Positions 1-18,711 of a stretch of DNA of 64,000 nucleotides are shown here, in pieces. The notes beneath the pieces are model-generated. The model saw nothing but the letters and a program-made list of their open reading frames with translations, was not told the origin of the DNA and did no database searches. Positions within the stretch are counted from its first letter, which is position 1. The number at the start of each line of letters is the position of its first letter. The DNA lies in the NCBI RefSeq assembly GCF_009914755.1, contig NC_060946.1, one strand, 5' to 3'. The DNA comes from the human T2T-CHM13v2.0 reference genome, Homo sapiens. Position numbers and translations under genes: made by a program.

Positions 1-5595
<5,595 letters not shown>

Positions 5596-5699
5596 CTAAA
5601 CCCATCTGGCCCCTGGGGCCCACGCACATGCCAGACTCTAGGTGGGTGCGTCCCGCCTCTGTGTCTTCCCACCACCTGGTCCCAACCGTCTCTTGGTGT

Positions 5700-5830
5700 G
5701 GGTGGCTTTTTTTTTAGCCTCCTTTTTTGGGTGGAGGTTTGTTGATGATAAGGAAGAAAAAAACGGAGCCTTTATTTTGCTCTAATCCCGGCCCCTGGAA
5801 TTTCCCACCTTTTCTCTCACCTTTCCTTCT
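5700..5830. promoter_or_regulatory. Candidate SOX10 intron-1 regulatory element
   Basis: GGAATTTCCC (kB site) 5797-5806 overlapping TTCCCAC (RBPJ) 5802-5808; TAATCC 5783-5788. A conserved intron-1 element is known for vertebrate Sox10. Confidence 0.5.
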
Positions 5831-5960
5831 TCCCTCAGCCTGCCCCAACGGGGTTTAGAGGAGAGCCAGGTGGGGGGCAAGGGCGGGGTGTCGCCTCTCT
5901 CCACCTCACAGCAGGGTCCCAGGCCTGGGCGGGCCAGGGAGGAGCAGGCTGCGCACTCAC

Positions 5961-6177
5961 CTCCTCGGACCTCTCCTCCAGTCTGGGGCTCGTCCTTAGG
6001 AAGTGGAAAACCGTGTCCCAAGGTGTGCGGTCCAGCTCGGGGCTGGGAGGTGACGCTGGTGGGCTGGGAGGGAGGGGCGGGGGGCCCTGAGCCTCAGGCC
6101 ACGGCCTCGTTAGGACGGAGCCTGAATCCTTACCACCAACCACCCTGGCCGGACAGCCCGAGACTGACTGAGCGACT
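5961..6177 (-). other. SOX10: SOX10 non-coding exon 1 (TSS approximate)
   Basis: Strong donor GAG|gtgagt at 5961/5960. The 5' end AGTCGCTCAGTCAG is recalled from the SOX10 mRNA; the TSS cannot be fixed from sequence alone. Confidence 0.85.
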
Positions 6178-6340
6178 GAGCCTGAGCCGCTGCGGAGGGC
6201 TGGGGAAGGAAGGAGGGGGAGAGGGGGGAGGGGAGAGGAGGGAGGGAAGGGCAGAAGGTGGAGCCTCCAGGCTTTCCTTCATCCCCAACACTCAGGGCTC
6301 CTCCACCCGGAGCCCAGGCCCCCCCACCCAGCTCCCTGCC
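6178..6340 (-). promoter_or_regulatory. SOX10: SOX10 proximal promoter, TATA-less, with polypurine/polypyrimidine tract
   Basis: Immediately upstream of exon 1; 50-nt pure purine run 6202-6251 on the plus strand; no TATA box at -30. Confidence 0.75.
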
Positions 6341-7440
6341 CTACTGCCCAGGCCCATCTTGCTGAGGCTTATCTTGGGCTTAGTCTGGGAGGTGGAGGGG
6401 AGGTTAGGCCGAGGAAGGAAGAGATGTAGGCTGGAGGGTCAGAACCTGTTGGATGGAAGAAAATTGGGCCCAACCAGGACTCCTAACGTCTGCCTCAGGT
6501 GGCAGGATGGGCACTTGGCAGGGGACTAGGGAGAGACGTGAAGGCGGTGAGGGTCCTGGGGGCCCGTGAGGGTGGCTGGCCCTAGCTGCTTCGTCTGCGA
6601 AATCCTGTTGAGTGCCTAGTGTGTGCCAGGCACTGATGCCCAGCTCCTCACCCTGCCTCCTACCTTTTCCCAGGCAGCCCTTTCTGCCCCATCCTGCACA
6701 GTAAGAGAGACTTCTCAGGGATCCCTCTGAGAAGTGCAGAGCCCCAGCTTGACCCCTGGTCCCTTCTCTGCAGACACCCAGCACACGCGCGTTCTGGTCT
6801 GGTTCAAGGTGGAAACACAAGACTAAAGCTGCCAGGAGGCCAAGGTGGGACAGGTTGGGGGCCCTCTCTCAGTAGGTCTTAGAGGCATTTTGGGTTGCTA
6901 CCTACTGGGACCCAGCTCCTTCCACACTGGGCTCACCCTGTCTTGGGAGAGGGTAGGGGAGTCCTAGTCCTGATTGTCACGAAGTCCTCTACTCCCCCAC
7001 CCCAACAAGGGGTGGGGACTTGCCCTGCCTCTTCCCTCCTCTGCCCACCTCTCCCTCCCTCCCCTTTTCTTTCCTGCCCATCCTCCGTTGACACCTTTTT
7101 CTCTCTCTTTCCTTGGCCTCTCCTCCAAAGGTCGCAGTGCTGTTCTCTTAACTGAGGGCAGCCCCGCCGGGGTGTTGAGGCCGAGGTGGGGTGTATGTGG
7201 GTTATGTAATGGAGCTGGGGTCGCATTGGCAACCATGTGACGTTCTGAGCTCCTCAACAGCAGGGCAAAGCCCCAAGACCACCCCAAGGGGTCCTGTCTG
7301 GAGTGGGCTGCAAAGGGTCTGGGGAGGCAAGGCCTCATGCTTGGGAAAGTCCAAAGGGGTGTAGGGGGTGGGAAATGGGACACAATGAGGTAGTCACACG
7401 AGGCAGAGGCATGTTGGGGGTGGGGGGAGCAGACACTGGA

Positions 7441-7471
<31 letters not shown>

Positions 7472-7482
7472 CTCACACACAC
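7441..7482. repeat. (AC)n microsatellite
   Basis: (AC)14 followed by an interrupted (CA)5. Confidence 0.97.
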
Positions 7483-7679
7483 AACCAGCCAGACAATCGG
7501 GCCAGTGTGTCTGGGGCCTCGGAGCCCAGTGAATTAGGAGTTTGATAAGGGTTTTCTCTTTCTCTCGCTTGCTGGCCTTGGACAATCTCCCCCCAGTTTT
7601 CCTCGACGCCACCCCCGGCGCTGCCAACCCTCCTCCCCCCGCCTCCCTTCTCTTCCCTGTGCCCAGACTCTTGTTCGGG

Positions 7680-7770
7680 GCCTTGAAACAGTGAGCTGTC
7701 TTTGTTCGAAATACAGGTGAACGGCAATCATGTGATTAACACACACACACATAAAAAGCTTTTTAACAGC
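7680..7770. promoter_or_regulatory. Candidate proximal upstream SOX10 element (about 1.5 kb upstream)
   Basis: CTTTGTT (SOX/TCF) 7700-7706, CAGGTG E-box, TCATGTGA (MITF-type E-box) 7728-7735, within a local CpG cluster. Confidence 0.45.
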
Positions 7771-7928
7771 GCCCGCTCGGCCTCAGAACCGCCCGGAGAG
7801 GAGCCGCCCTGGATGGACAGAGGGACGAGGGACGAGCATCTGCCGTCGTGTCCCGGCTGCCCTGCAGTCGCCTCCAACACCCGCTGCTGCCCGCCCGCTG
7901 CCTGCCTGCCTGGCATCTCTCTCTCCCG
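7770..7928 (+). CDS. POLR2F: Alternative internal exon of long POLR2F read-through isoform (antisense to SOX10)
   Basis: ttttaacag|C acceptor at 7769/7770 and CCCG|gtgggt donor at 7928/7929 give 159 nt, frame-preserving, reading ARSASEPPGEEPPWMDRG...PGISLSR. Assignment to POLR2F is from recall of annotated isoforms; upstream exons are outside the window. Confidence 0.6.
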
Positions 7929-8960
7929 GTGGGTCCCCACTCATCCTTCCACCCCTCAGTTCCTCCTCTTTGAGGAAAGGACCTCCCCGCTCTCTGCTGT
8001 GTCTGTGACTGGCCTGAGACCCGCCTGGGGCAGGAGGGGTGGTTGTGGAAGGAAAGAGCCCAGAGTTAGGAGGTGGAATGTGGGGTCCCACAGCTGCCCC
8101 CTCTCTAACTCCCTGCTTCCTCCTTTGCCCTCCTTGGTCCAGCTGTGCCAGGATGGGGGTGGGGGTAGCAGTGGGCACGCTCTGTCTGCAGGAAGCCACG
8201 CTAGACAGAAGGGGCCACTCCCTCTCTCTCTCCCTTGTCCCCGCACAGACACTGCCTTCCTCTCAGGGCTGTGCTGGGCTTTTTGCTGAGCAGTGTTGGG
8301 TGAGGCAGGTGGGCCTGCAGGGCGGGTGGGAAGGGCTGTCAGATGACCAGTGCTGTGTGTGTGTGGTTGGGGCCCCTGCTGCGAACACATCCCTGCCCAC
8401 CATGCTGGCAACTGGGATCCCCTCCATCCCATCCCAGGCCCTGGGAACCCAGTGCTCTCCAGCAGGCAAGGGTGAAGGACCCATAGTCATTCCTGAAGAG
8501 CAGGGAGCTTGGAGAGGGGAGGGATCCTGGCTGAAGACACCTGGGCCTCTGCCCCAGCAGGACAACAGGAGGGCCAGTGTCACCTTCTCCTCCTTTCCCT
8601 GCTGGGGGTGGCAGGGGTCCCTTTACCCCCTCATTCTTGACCCTTCTCCAGGGATGCTTGTGACCTCCTTACCCCACCCCCCATCACCTCTCTGTCCTGA
8701 AGTGAGGGTTTGTCACCGTCCATGGCAAGGTGTGGTGTCTGGTAGGCTCTATGACCTGCCTTCTCTCAGGGTGTTTATTCTGCAGCAGAGAGGGGTCTGC
8801 GGTCTGAGTGTAATGGTGGAAATCCAGGCTTCCTTCCATGGCCCAAGGAGGCCTTTCCGGAGCAACAGGGTTTTCCTGGGACTCAGCCTGGCTTTTGTTA
8901 AGGCAGGTCCCGGATTTACTCAGAAGATGGGCCCCAGAGAGGAGGAGAGGAAAGGAATAC

Positions 8961-9045
8961 CTGTCAGTCAAACGTGAAGCCCACTGATGACACTGCCTGG
9001 CAGAGCTGCCTCCGGTCAGCAGTGACCCTTCACCCCCCAGCTCCC
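8961..9045 (-). other. Possible upstream alternative non-coding SOX10 exon
   Basis: Plausible donor CAG|gtattc at 8961/8960 on the minus strand. SOX10 models with two non-coding exons exist, but this placement and the 5' end are uncertain. Confidence 0.25.
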
Positions 9046-9658
9046 AAGTCCTCTTCCTGAGGGAGCTGGTCCGGCTTTATGGAAGGCTCCGCCTGTGTTC
9101 CCCCACCTGGGTCCCTGGTCCCTCACCTGTCACGTGGGGCGATGGTCACCCTCCCTCCCTGCCTGCCCTGAAGGATACACTGAGATGAAGGTCAGGAAAT
9201 CTGCTGGCTGCAGAACCAGGGGCCATGCAGGAGTGAGGGATGGTCTGGTCAAGTTGAGGCTCTGCCCCAGCCTCAGTTTCCCCACACAGGCATGAGACTG
9301 TCTTCCTGACTTTCAGAGGACAGGGCTGAGATGGGATGAGGGAACACAGGGAAAGCGTTTAGCACCTCTGAGTGCTGTGTGGATGCGACCTGGGGGGTCC
9401 TGGCCTCCACTCTTTAATTCTATCTGGACTGTGTGCCCTCCTACCTCCAGTTTCCCTGCGGGGGCCTTTCACAGGGCCTGGCTTGCGGATACGGGGTTTG
9501 GCGTAGGGCAGTGCTTCTCAAATGGGAAGGCGCACTGGGATTCTTCAGGTTGGGGTGGGGCCTGAGGTTCTGCATTTCTAATCAGTTGCCTAGGACTGGC
9601 TCTAATTCTTGTTGAATTTACAATCACTTGTGGAGTTAAGAAAAACATACTGGGCCTT

Positions 9659-10536
<878 letters not shown>

Positions 10537-12606
10537 CTATGCACTGGGAAGGTGGAGGGCCGACGGGCACAGGTTAGTGGTCGAGGGCAGCATAGTGACA
10601 GACAGAAGCTACCCTGTGGGTCTTCAGCCGAGTCTGAGTGCGCTGGGGTGGCTGTGGGAGCTCCCCTGAGCATTTTCTAGGCCACCTCCACCTTTGGATA
10701 AGGCTGTGTCATCCTCAGTCTCGGATGTAGTGGAAAGTGACTTGAAGTCAAGAAATCCTGCCACTAGTACCCAAGGGGCCTTAGGCAGATCACGCTATTA
10801 ACCTCTCAGGACTCGGCTTTTGCATATGTACGATGTTGATAATCTTATGCACCCTTGATATCCCCAAGTGATGAGAGAATTAAATAAGAATACACACACA
10901 CATCTCCCCTACCTAGCATAGTGACTGCTCAATAAATGTGAGTCAGAGGAAATCATTTAGCTATTAGGCCAGCACTGGGAGGTGTGGAGGATGCTCACCT
11001 CAGGTCAAGTGCACAAGTATTAACCGAGCAGCCACCACGGCCTCACAGTCAGGAGTTTATCATTTGCCTTTTGAATCCTAATGTCAGACCAGGTGGCATT
11101 CCTGCTTGGGATGACAAGCTCCTCTGTCATGGGTGGGCCTCCTCTGCCATGCCCCTTAACAGCGAAGGCGACACTCTAGGGCCTCCCCAGGTGCCGGCTC
11201 AGCTGTGAGGGCTCCTGTCATCGGACTTCATCCTCCCAACAACCCTCTGAGTAGATGCTATTATTCTCATTTTAGGGAGGAAACTGAGGCACAAAGCGAT
11301 TCAGTGACAGGCCTGAGCTCGCCCAGCGAATGATGACAGGGTGTGGACTGGGACCTGTGGTTGGTCCCAGCCCAGCCTCTGACCACTCTGCTCTATTGCC
11401 CCTAGGCTGCAAGTGCAGCTGCAGGTTGGCCTGCTCCTGCCTCCTCTCCTTGCCTGGGCCTTTGGGCCTGCTCCACCTTCCCCTGGAGCGCTGTCCTCCC
11501 TCTGCCTGCTGGCGGTCTAGGCACTGCTGCAGCCCCACTGAGAGGTCCTCTTCCAGGACACACCTTGGGCACCTTGGTTGGAATTCTTTTCCCTATGACT
11601 TTCCCTCAGAGGAGGAGACACCTTCAGATGTGCTCTGCCTCCTTACTGAACAGCCTGGAGGACAGGCCAGTCTCCAGTTCCTATTGGGAGCCCCTGAGGC
11701 CATGCTCAGCCTCGGCTCACCTTCCCTGAGCCGAGTTGCTGTCAGAGTTCCAAGGAGGAAAAGACCAGGGAGGCTGGAGCGGGCAGGAGTGGCTTCCTGG
11801 AGGCAGAGGGTCTGAGCTCTGGGGGAGGAGGATGGCATTCCATGGCCTGTCCCAACAGGGGCTCTTGCCCCTCCCTGTTTCTGGTGCAAGCAGAGGGTCT
11901 CGGACCCAGGCCAGCAAGGCAGCTCCCGGGGTTGGAATCTTCCTTCGCTCCCAACTCCATCCTTTCTGGAAACCAGGAAGCTGGGGCCAGTGTCCAGCAC
12001 TGCCTCTGGCAGCCTGGCCTCTGCTCTCTTCTGAGAAGCCTTCAGAGAAGTTGACTGCCCATTCCTGCCATCTGTCCCCAGCTGCTGGAATGCCCTTCCT
12101 GGCGTCTGCCCTGAGCCTCTCCAGCTGCTGGGAACTTCTGTGAATGTGTCCTCTGTGCAGGGCACTGGGCCAGGAGCTGGGACTGGGAGGTGAGAGAGAC
12201 CAGACCTTGGCTTTGAGGAGCTGAGGGTTTGATGGGAGAGACCGATGTAGAAACCTGGAACCTGGCACGGCCAAACAGGCAGCTGGAGCTGGGCCTCTGG
12301 ACCCCAAGAGCTGGGGTCAAGACCCAATGGCTGTGGAGGCCCTGTGTTGCCTTGGCAACCTTCTTCCCTCTCTGGGCCTCAGTTTCCCCATCTGTAAAAT
12401 GTAAAATCAGCAGGCTAGCTGATCTCTGAGAGTGTTTCCATATTTGATAACCCATGAATTGTATTTCAAAACAAGAGGCCCGTGCCTGATCCAGTGTTTG
12501 CAAGGTGATGCCTCGTGATGCCTCAGACCCTTGGTGTTCCTCAGGACACTGATAGGCATCTCTTGAAAGACATTTGGGAAACACTGCTTTCTGCTTCCTC
12601 TTTTTA

Positions 12607-13066
<460 letters not shown>

Positions 13067-13659
13067 TAAACTGTTTAAGTAAAAGAGATGCATTGCCTCT
13101 AAGCATGCTAAAAGTTCTAAATTCTGCAGTTAAAAACTGCTCTTTAAAATATTTAATATGAATCTTTAATTTATTATTCTATTATTTTTACCACCTATTA
13201 ACATCTTGTAGAGTTTTTGATGGAAACCAGTTTCACCCTGTTCTGGAGAGGACATAGTTGCCTGAGGTGGATGTGGAGGCACCATGGCCCCTGAGTGAGA
13301 TGTGCATGTTCCTTACTTTGGGGTCACCCTGCCTTGGTTTCCAACTCCGTTCAGACCTGTTTGACGTGTACCAGGTGACTACTCAGTGTCAGGCCAGGGA
13401 AGCAGCTGAATAGAATATGGCACTGACCCCCAGTTCCCTGTGTTCCCATGCCTTCAGAGTTCTCATTGTCCTCCTGCATTGTCCCTGCTGGGGTGTGGAC
13501 TTGAGGGCTGGGTCCTTCCCACCTCCTCCTTGGTGCCTGTTACATAGGAGTGACGTCAGCAGATGAAGGGCTTGCATGGAAGAGAATGTGTGCAGGCAGC
13601 ATGTGGGGAAGGAATGAGCATGCGCTCCTGAGTTAAGACAGTCCAGGTTTAAAAAAACA

Positions 13660-14330
<671 letters not shown>

Positions 14331-15329
14331 TTTTTATATTAGTTATTGCTTCTTATCCTGTCAAAATGCTGTCATCAGATGTTCCCCGTCTGCTCCCAGT
14401 CACCACAGAGGCTGCAGAGCCAGGGCCGATGGCCATCCATGGAACCAAAGCAGAAGGGGAAGCAAGTGACTGAGCTCACATGACTGTTTAGTCATGGAAC
14501 TGGACATGTCTGCTGTGACATTTTGTTCCCAGGGTTCCTGGGGACCTACCCTAGGCAAGCTCCTGCTGTCTGTGGGGTAAATAAAGAGGGGTGAGTGTGC
14601 CCCTTGTCTTTAGGGAGCTTGTTCATTCATACATGTCTAGACACTAGGCAACATGGTGCAGACATGCATGAGGATTAAGAGAGTGGGGAAGGTGGAGGGA
14701 AGGAAGAGAGGGGGCAGAGGGGACCTTTATGAGATGGGTCCATTGGTGTTGTCCCTGGAGTGGAAAAGAGCTGTCTGTAAATATGGTCTGAGCAGGGTGG
14801 GCTGCACATGGCTCATGAGACCTTTGTCCTTTCACCACTGGCAGGCAGCTGGCAGCTTAGGGGAAGGGGCTTGTCAAGGTTGCCCAGCTTAGGAACTGAC
14901 AACGACAATGGGACCAAGTCTTCTCATTCCAGATTCCTTGTCATTTTCCTCTGTGATCCAGGCCATTGCCCCAGACCAGGGCTGGGCAGGAAGGGAGCTC
15001 AGCCCACCCATCTTACTGCTCTCACCCGGTTTACTGCTGTCCCTTAAAGGTAAAAATGGGGTGATCCAGTCAGAATTTAGCGTTTGTCTGAGCTTGAAGG
15101 ATCCTCCTCGCCGACATAAGGTTTTCTTATTCTTCGCTGATGTCACTTGTTAATGAAAATGGGAGCCGAGTGATGATGAGCTGAGCTGGGGATCCAGAGA
15201 CCAGAGTTCAAGGCTGGCCCTTGCCCCATTTACCAGTGAGACTGGGATAAGCTAAGTAACCTTCCCATGCCTCAATCTCCTGTCTGTAAAATGAGAATCA
15301 CGATACCTGCCATGTCACAAGGATAAAAA

Positions 15330-15682
<353 letters not shown>

Positions 15683-15969
15683 TCAGTCATTTCAACTGCC
15701 AGTTAATGCCCCGCATTTTCCAGGTGTGATGGCTTTTGTCTTGGCTATAATCAAGCCCGGGAAAACCTCTTCCCTTTCTAGGGTGCAGAGTTGAGCTTAC
15801 TGAGATCACAACAGGGAACCCAGGCACAGCCCTGGGGTGTGTTCACATGTCAGGGGCTTCGGTTCACACAGGAAGTATAATATCTGCTAGGCTGCCAGGC
15901 TGAGGGCCTCACACACACGCACCCCAGCTCACCTTCAGCTGTGTGTGCTTCACTGTGAGCAGGTGTTAT

Positions 15970-16560
15970 TTTGTTTTGTGTTGTTTTTGAAACAGGGTCT
16001 CACTCTGTGGCCCAGGATGGAGTGCAGGGGTGCCATCACGGCTCACTGCAGCTTCTACTTCCCGGGCTTAATCGATCCCCCACCTCAGCCTTCCAAGTAG
16101 CTGGTACCACAGGCACCAGCCACCACGCCTGGCTATTATTTATTTATTTATTTATTTTTGAGACGGAGTCTCTCTCTGTCGCCCAGGCTGGAGTGCAGTG
16201 GAGTGATCTCGGCTTACTGCAAGCTCCGCCCCCCGGGTTCATGCCATTCTCCTGTCTCAGCCTCCTGAGTAGCTGGCACTACAGGTGCCCGCCACCATGC
16301 CTGGCTAATTTTTTATATTTTTAATAGAGACGGGGTTTCACCGTGGTCTCGAGCTCCTGACCTGGTGATCCACCCGCCTTGGCCTCCCAAGGTGCTGGGA
16401 TTACAGGCGTGAGCCACCGCACCCGGCCAATTTTTGTATTTTTTTGTAGAGACAGGGTTTCACAATGTTACCCAAGCTGGTCTCATTGAACTCCTGAGCT
16501 CAAGCTATCCTCCCGCCTTGGCCTCCCAAAATGCTGGGATTATAGGTGTGCGCCACCTGC
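15970..16560 (-). mobile_element. Old AluJ-like element interrupted by AluY-like element
   Basis: Right arm about 15970-16135, inserted Alu about 16136-16427, left arm about 16428-16560. Confidence 0.88.
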
Positions 16561-17314
16561 ACAGGTGTTTTATATTTACCTCACCTCTCTACCAGGTGGC
16601 AAATTGAGAAATCAGAGAGTTTAGGGCTTAGAACCCAGAGTTGAAATCGCAGTGACTGCTTTGGCAGGTGCAATGGGAGGAGCTGCTTCCGACTCTGCCA
16701 AGGTCCCAGCTCCTGCTGTGTGATCTTGGGGAAGCCAGCCACCCTCTCTGGCACATTCTCCATCAGTGCATTGAGGGAGCTGGCCTCTGACGTCTATCAG
16801 ATTTGCTGTCAGGGGCTTTAGGGCTCTACTGAGACAGGCCCACATTTGCTTTTGTTTCCCACCTTTTGTCCCCCAAGTGCTCGGGGTTGGACATGTGAGC
16901 ACGCAGCAGATGCTCAATAAGTGCTTGCTGAACCTCAGTGATCAGAGAGATAGCTTGGCAGGTCTGTCTCCTGGGTCTGTCATTCCCTTAGCGCTGCATG
17001 GAGAGTCCCCTCACATCCTTCCCTGCTGGGAGACTTCCTCCTGGGGGATCACCTAAAGCTCATGTCTACAGAGATGCCTCTCTCGACCCTCCAGTACCAG
17101 CTGTTTTCTCTGACAGCACCCTGGACTTTTCCTTTATAGCACTCATTGCAATTTATGATCACATATTTATTGGCGGATTAGTTGTTCATTGTCTGTCTTC
17201 CCCACAAGGATGTCTACTTCATGAGGGCAGCTTCCTAAGTCCTCAGTGATCAACTGATTGCCTGAATGAATGAATGAGTGGTGAGGACAGAATGGGGGGT
17301 AAAAAGCTGGGAGA

Positions 17315-17635
17315 GGCAGGTACAGTGGCTCACACCTGTAGTCCCAGCACTTTATGAGGCTAAGGCTGGTGGATCGCTTGAGCCCAGGAGTTGAAGACCA
17401 CCCTGGGCAACCCCCTTTCTACTTGTTATCATGGCGAAACCCCATCTCTACTAAAAATTAAAAAAAAAAAAAATCAGCTGGGTGTGGTGGTGTGTGCCTG
17501 TAGTCCCAGCTACTCGGGAAGCTGAGTGAGAGAATCACCTGAGCCTGGGAAGTTGAGTCTGAGAAGTGAGTCATGATCGTGGCACTGCACTCTATCCTGG
17601 GCAACAGGAGTGAGACCCTGTCTCAAAAAATAAAG
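17315..17635 (+). mobile_element. Alu (old, J-like)
   Basis: Diverged Alu dimer with a small insertion in the left arm. Confidence 0.9.
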
Positions 17636-18662
17636 AGCGAGGAGGAGGCTGAGGGTTAGATGAGGCTGTCCAGGGCCTCTCACTGATGGAGGTGGTCGTG
17701 ACTCCTAGTCCAGTGCTCTTCCTTCTTCTGGAGCAGGGACACCCTGGGGGACCAGGCTGGGTTTAATGGGCAGCCAAGCCCCTGAGGACCTAGGGAAGAG
17801 GAGGAGGGGATGGGGGATCTGAGCCAGCTCCACCCCTTCCCCCAGCAGGCAGGAAGGACAGGGCAGATCTGTCAGCTTCAGATACCACTGCCCCAGGGGA
17901 CCCAGCCCTGAGCCCAGGGAGGCAGGGAAAGAGGGGGGAACAGGAAGCACCCGGGTCTTCCCCTCCTCCCTTTTGCCCCACCCTCCGCCCCCATCTCTGG
18001 CGAGAGAGCTCACAGCCCCAGGCCTTGGCACTAGGGGGACAAGGGCGGGGCAGTGGGGGACAGAAATCCAGTTCTGGGCAAATCCCTTCCTCTCCCTCAT
18101 TTGGTTTCTGGCCTGAAATTGGGGACTGCCCTGGCAGCCCCTGGAGAGCTTGGCTGGGGCCTTGAGGCAGGAGGGATGGAGCGAGAGGGAGAGGGCACTG
18201 CCCACTTACACCCTTCCTGTGTGCCCAGCCCTGTGCAGACCTAGCTGCAGTGTCACTCAACAGGAGGAAGAGCCCTGGGTGGGACCTGGGAGGCCTCACT
18301 GAAAGGCTGGGCTCTGTCAGTAATTGCTGTGTGACCTTGGGTGGGGCACAGCCCCTCTCTGGCCACTGTCATTCTCCTCATCTGCCAATGTGGTCCAAAC
18401 CTGGGGCCAAAGAACACAAGCCCTTGGGGAGTTTTAAAAGACTAATTCCCAGGCCCCATTCTGAGTGGTAGATTTGGGTGGGACATCTGTATGTTTAAAT
18501 CTCCGCTGCGATTACGACGCACCTGGTGGAGGCACTACTGCCATAGATGGTCTAAGGGCCTCTCCCCAGCCTTGAAACTCCCACCCCTAGGGCAGGCCAC
18601 CCCACTCCTGTGTCCTACTCGGGAAGGCAAGGGCTGCAGTGGCTGGCTGCATCCTCTGGGGT

Positions 18663-18711
18663 GCCAGCTGGGACACAGGTGGCAGGCCAGCTGGGACACA
18701 GGTGGCAGGCC
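18663..18711. repeat. 23-bp perfect tandem duplication
   Basis: GCCAGCTGGGACACAGGTGGCAG x2. Confidence 0.95.

Noticed and set aside
8039-8977. 312-aa plus-strand ORF
   Set aside because: Non-ATG start, no recognisable domain, composition typical of GC-rich non-coding DNA.
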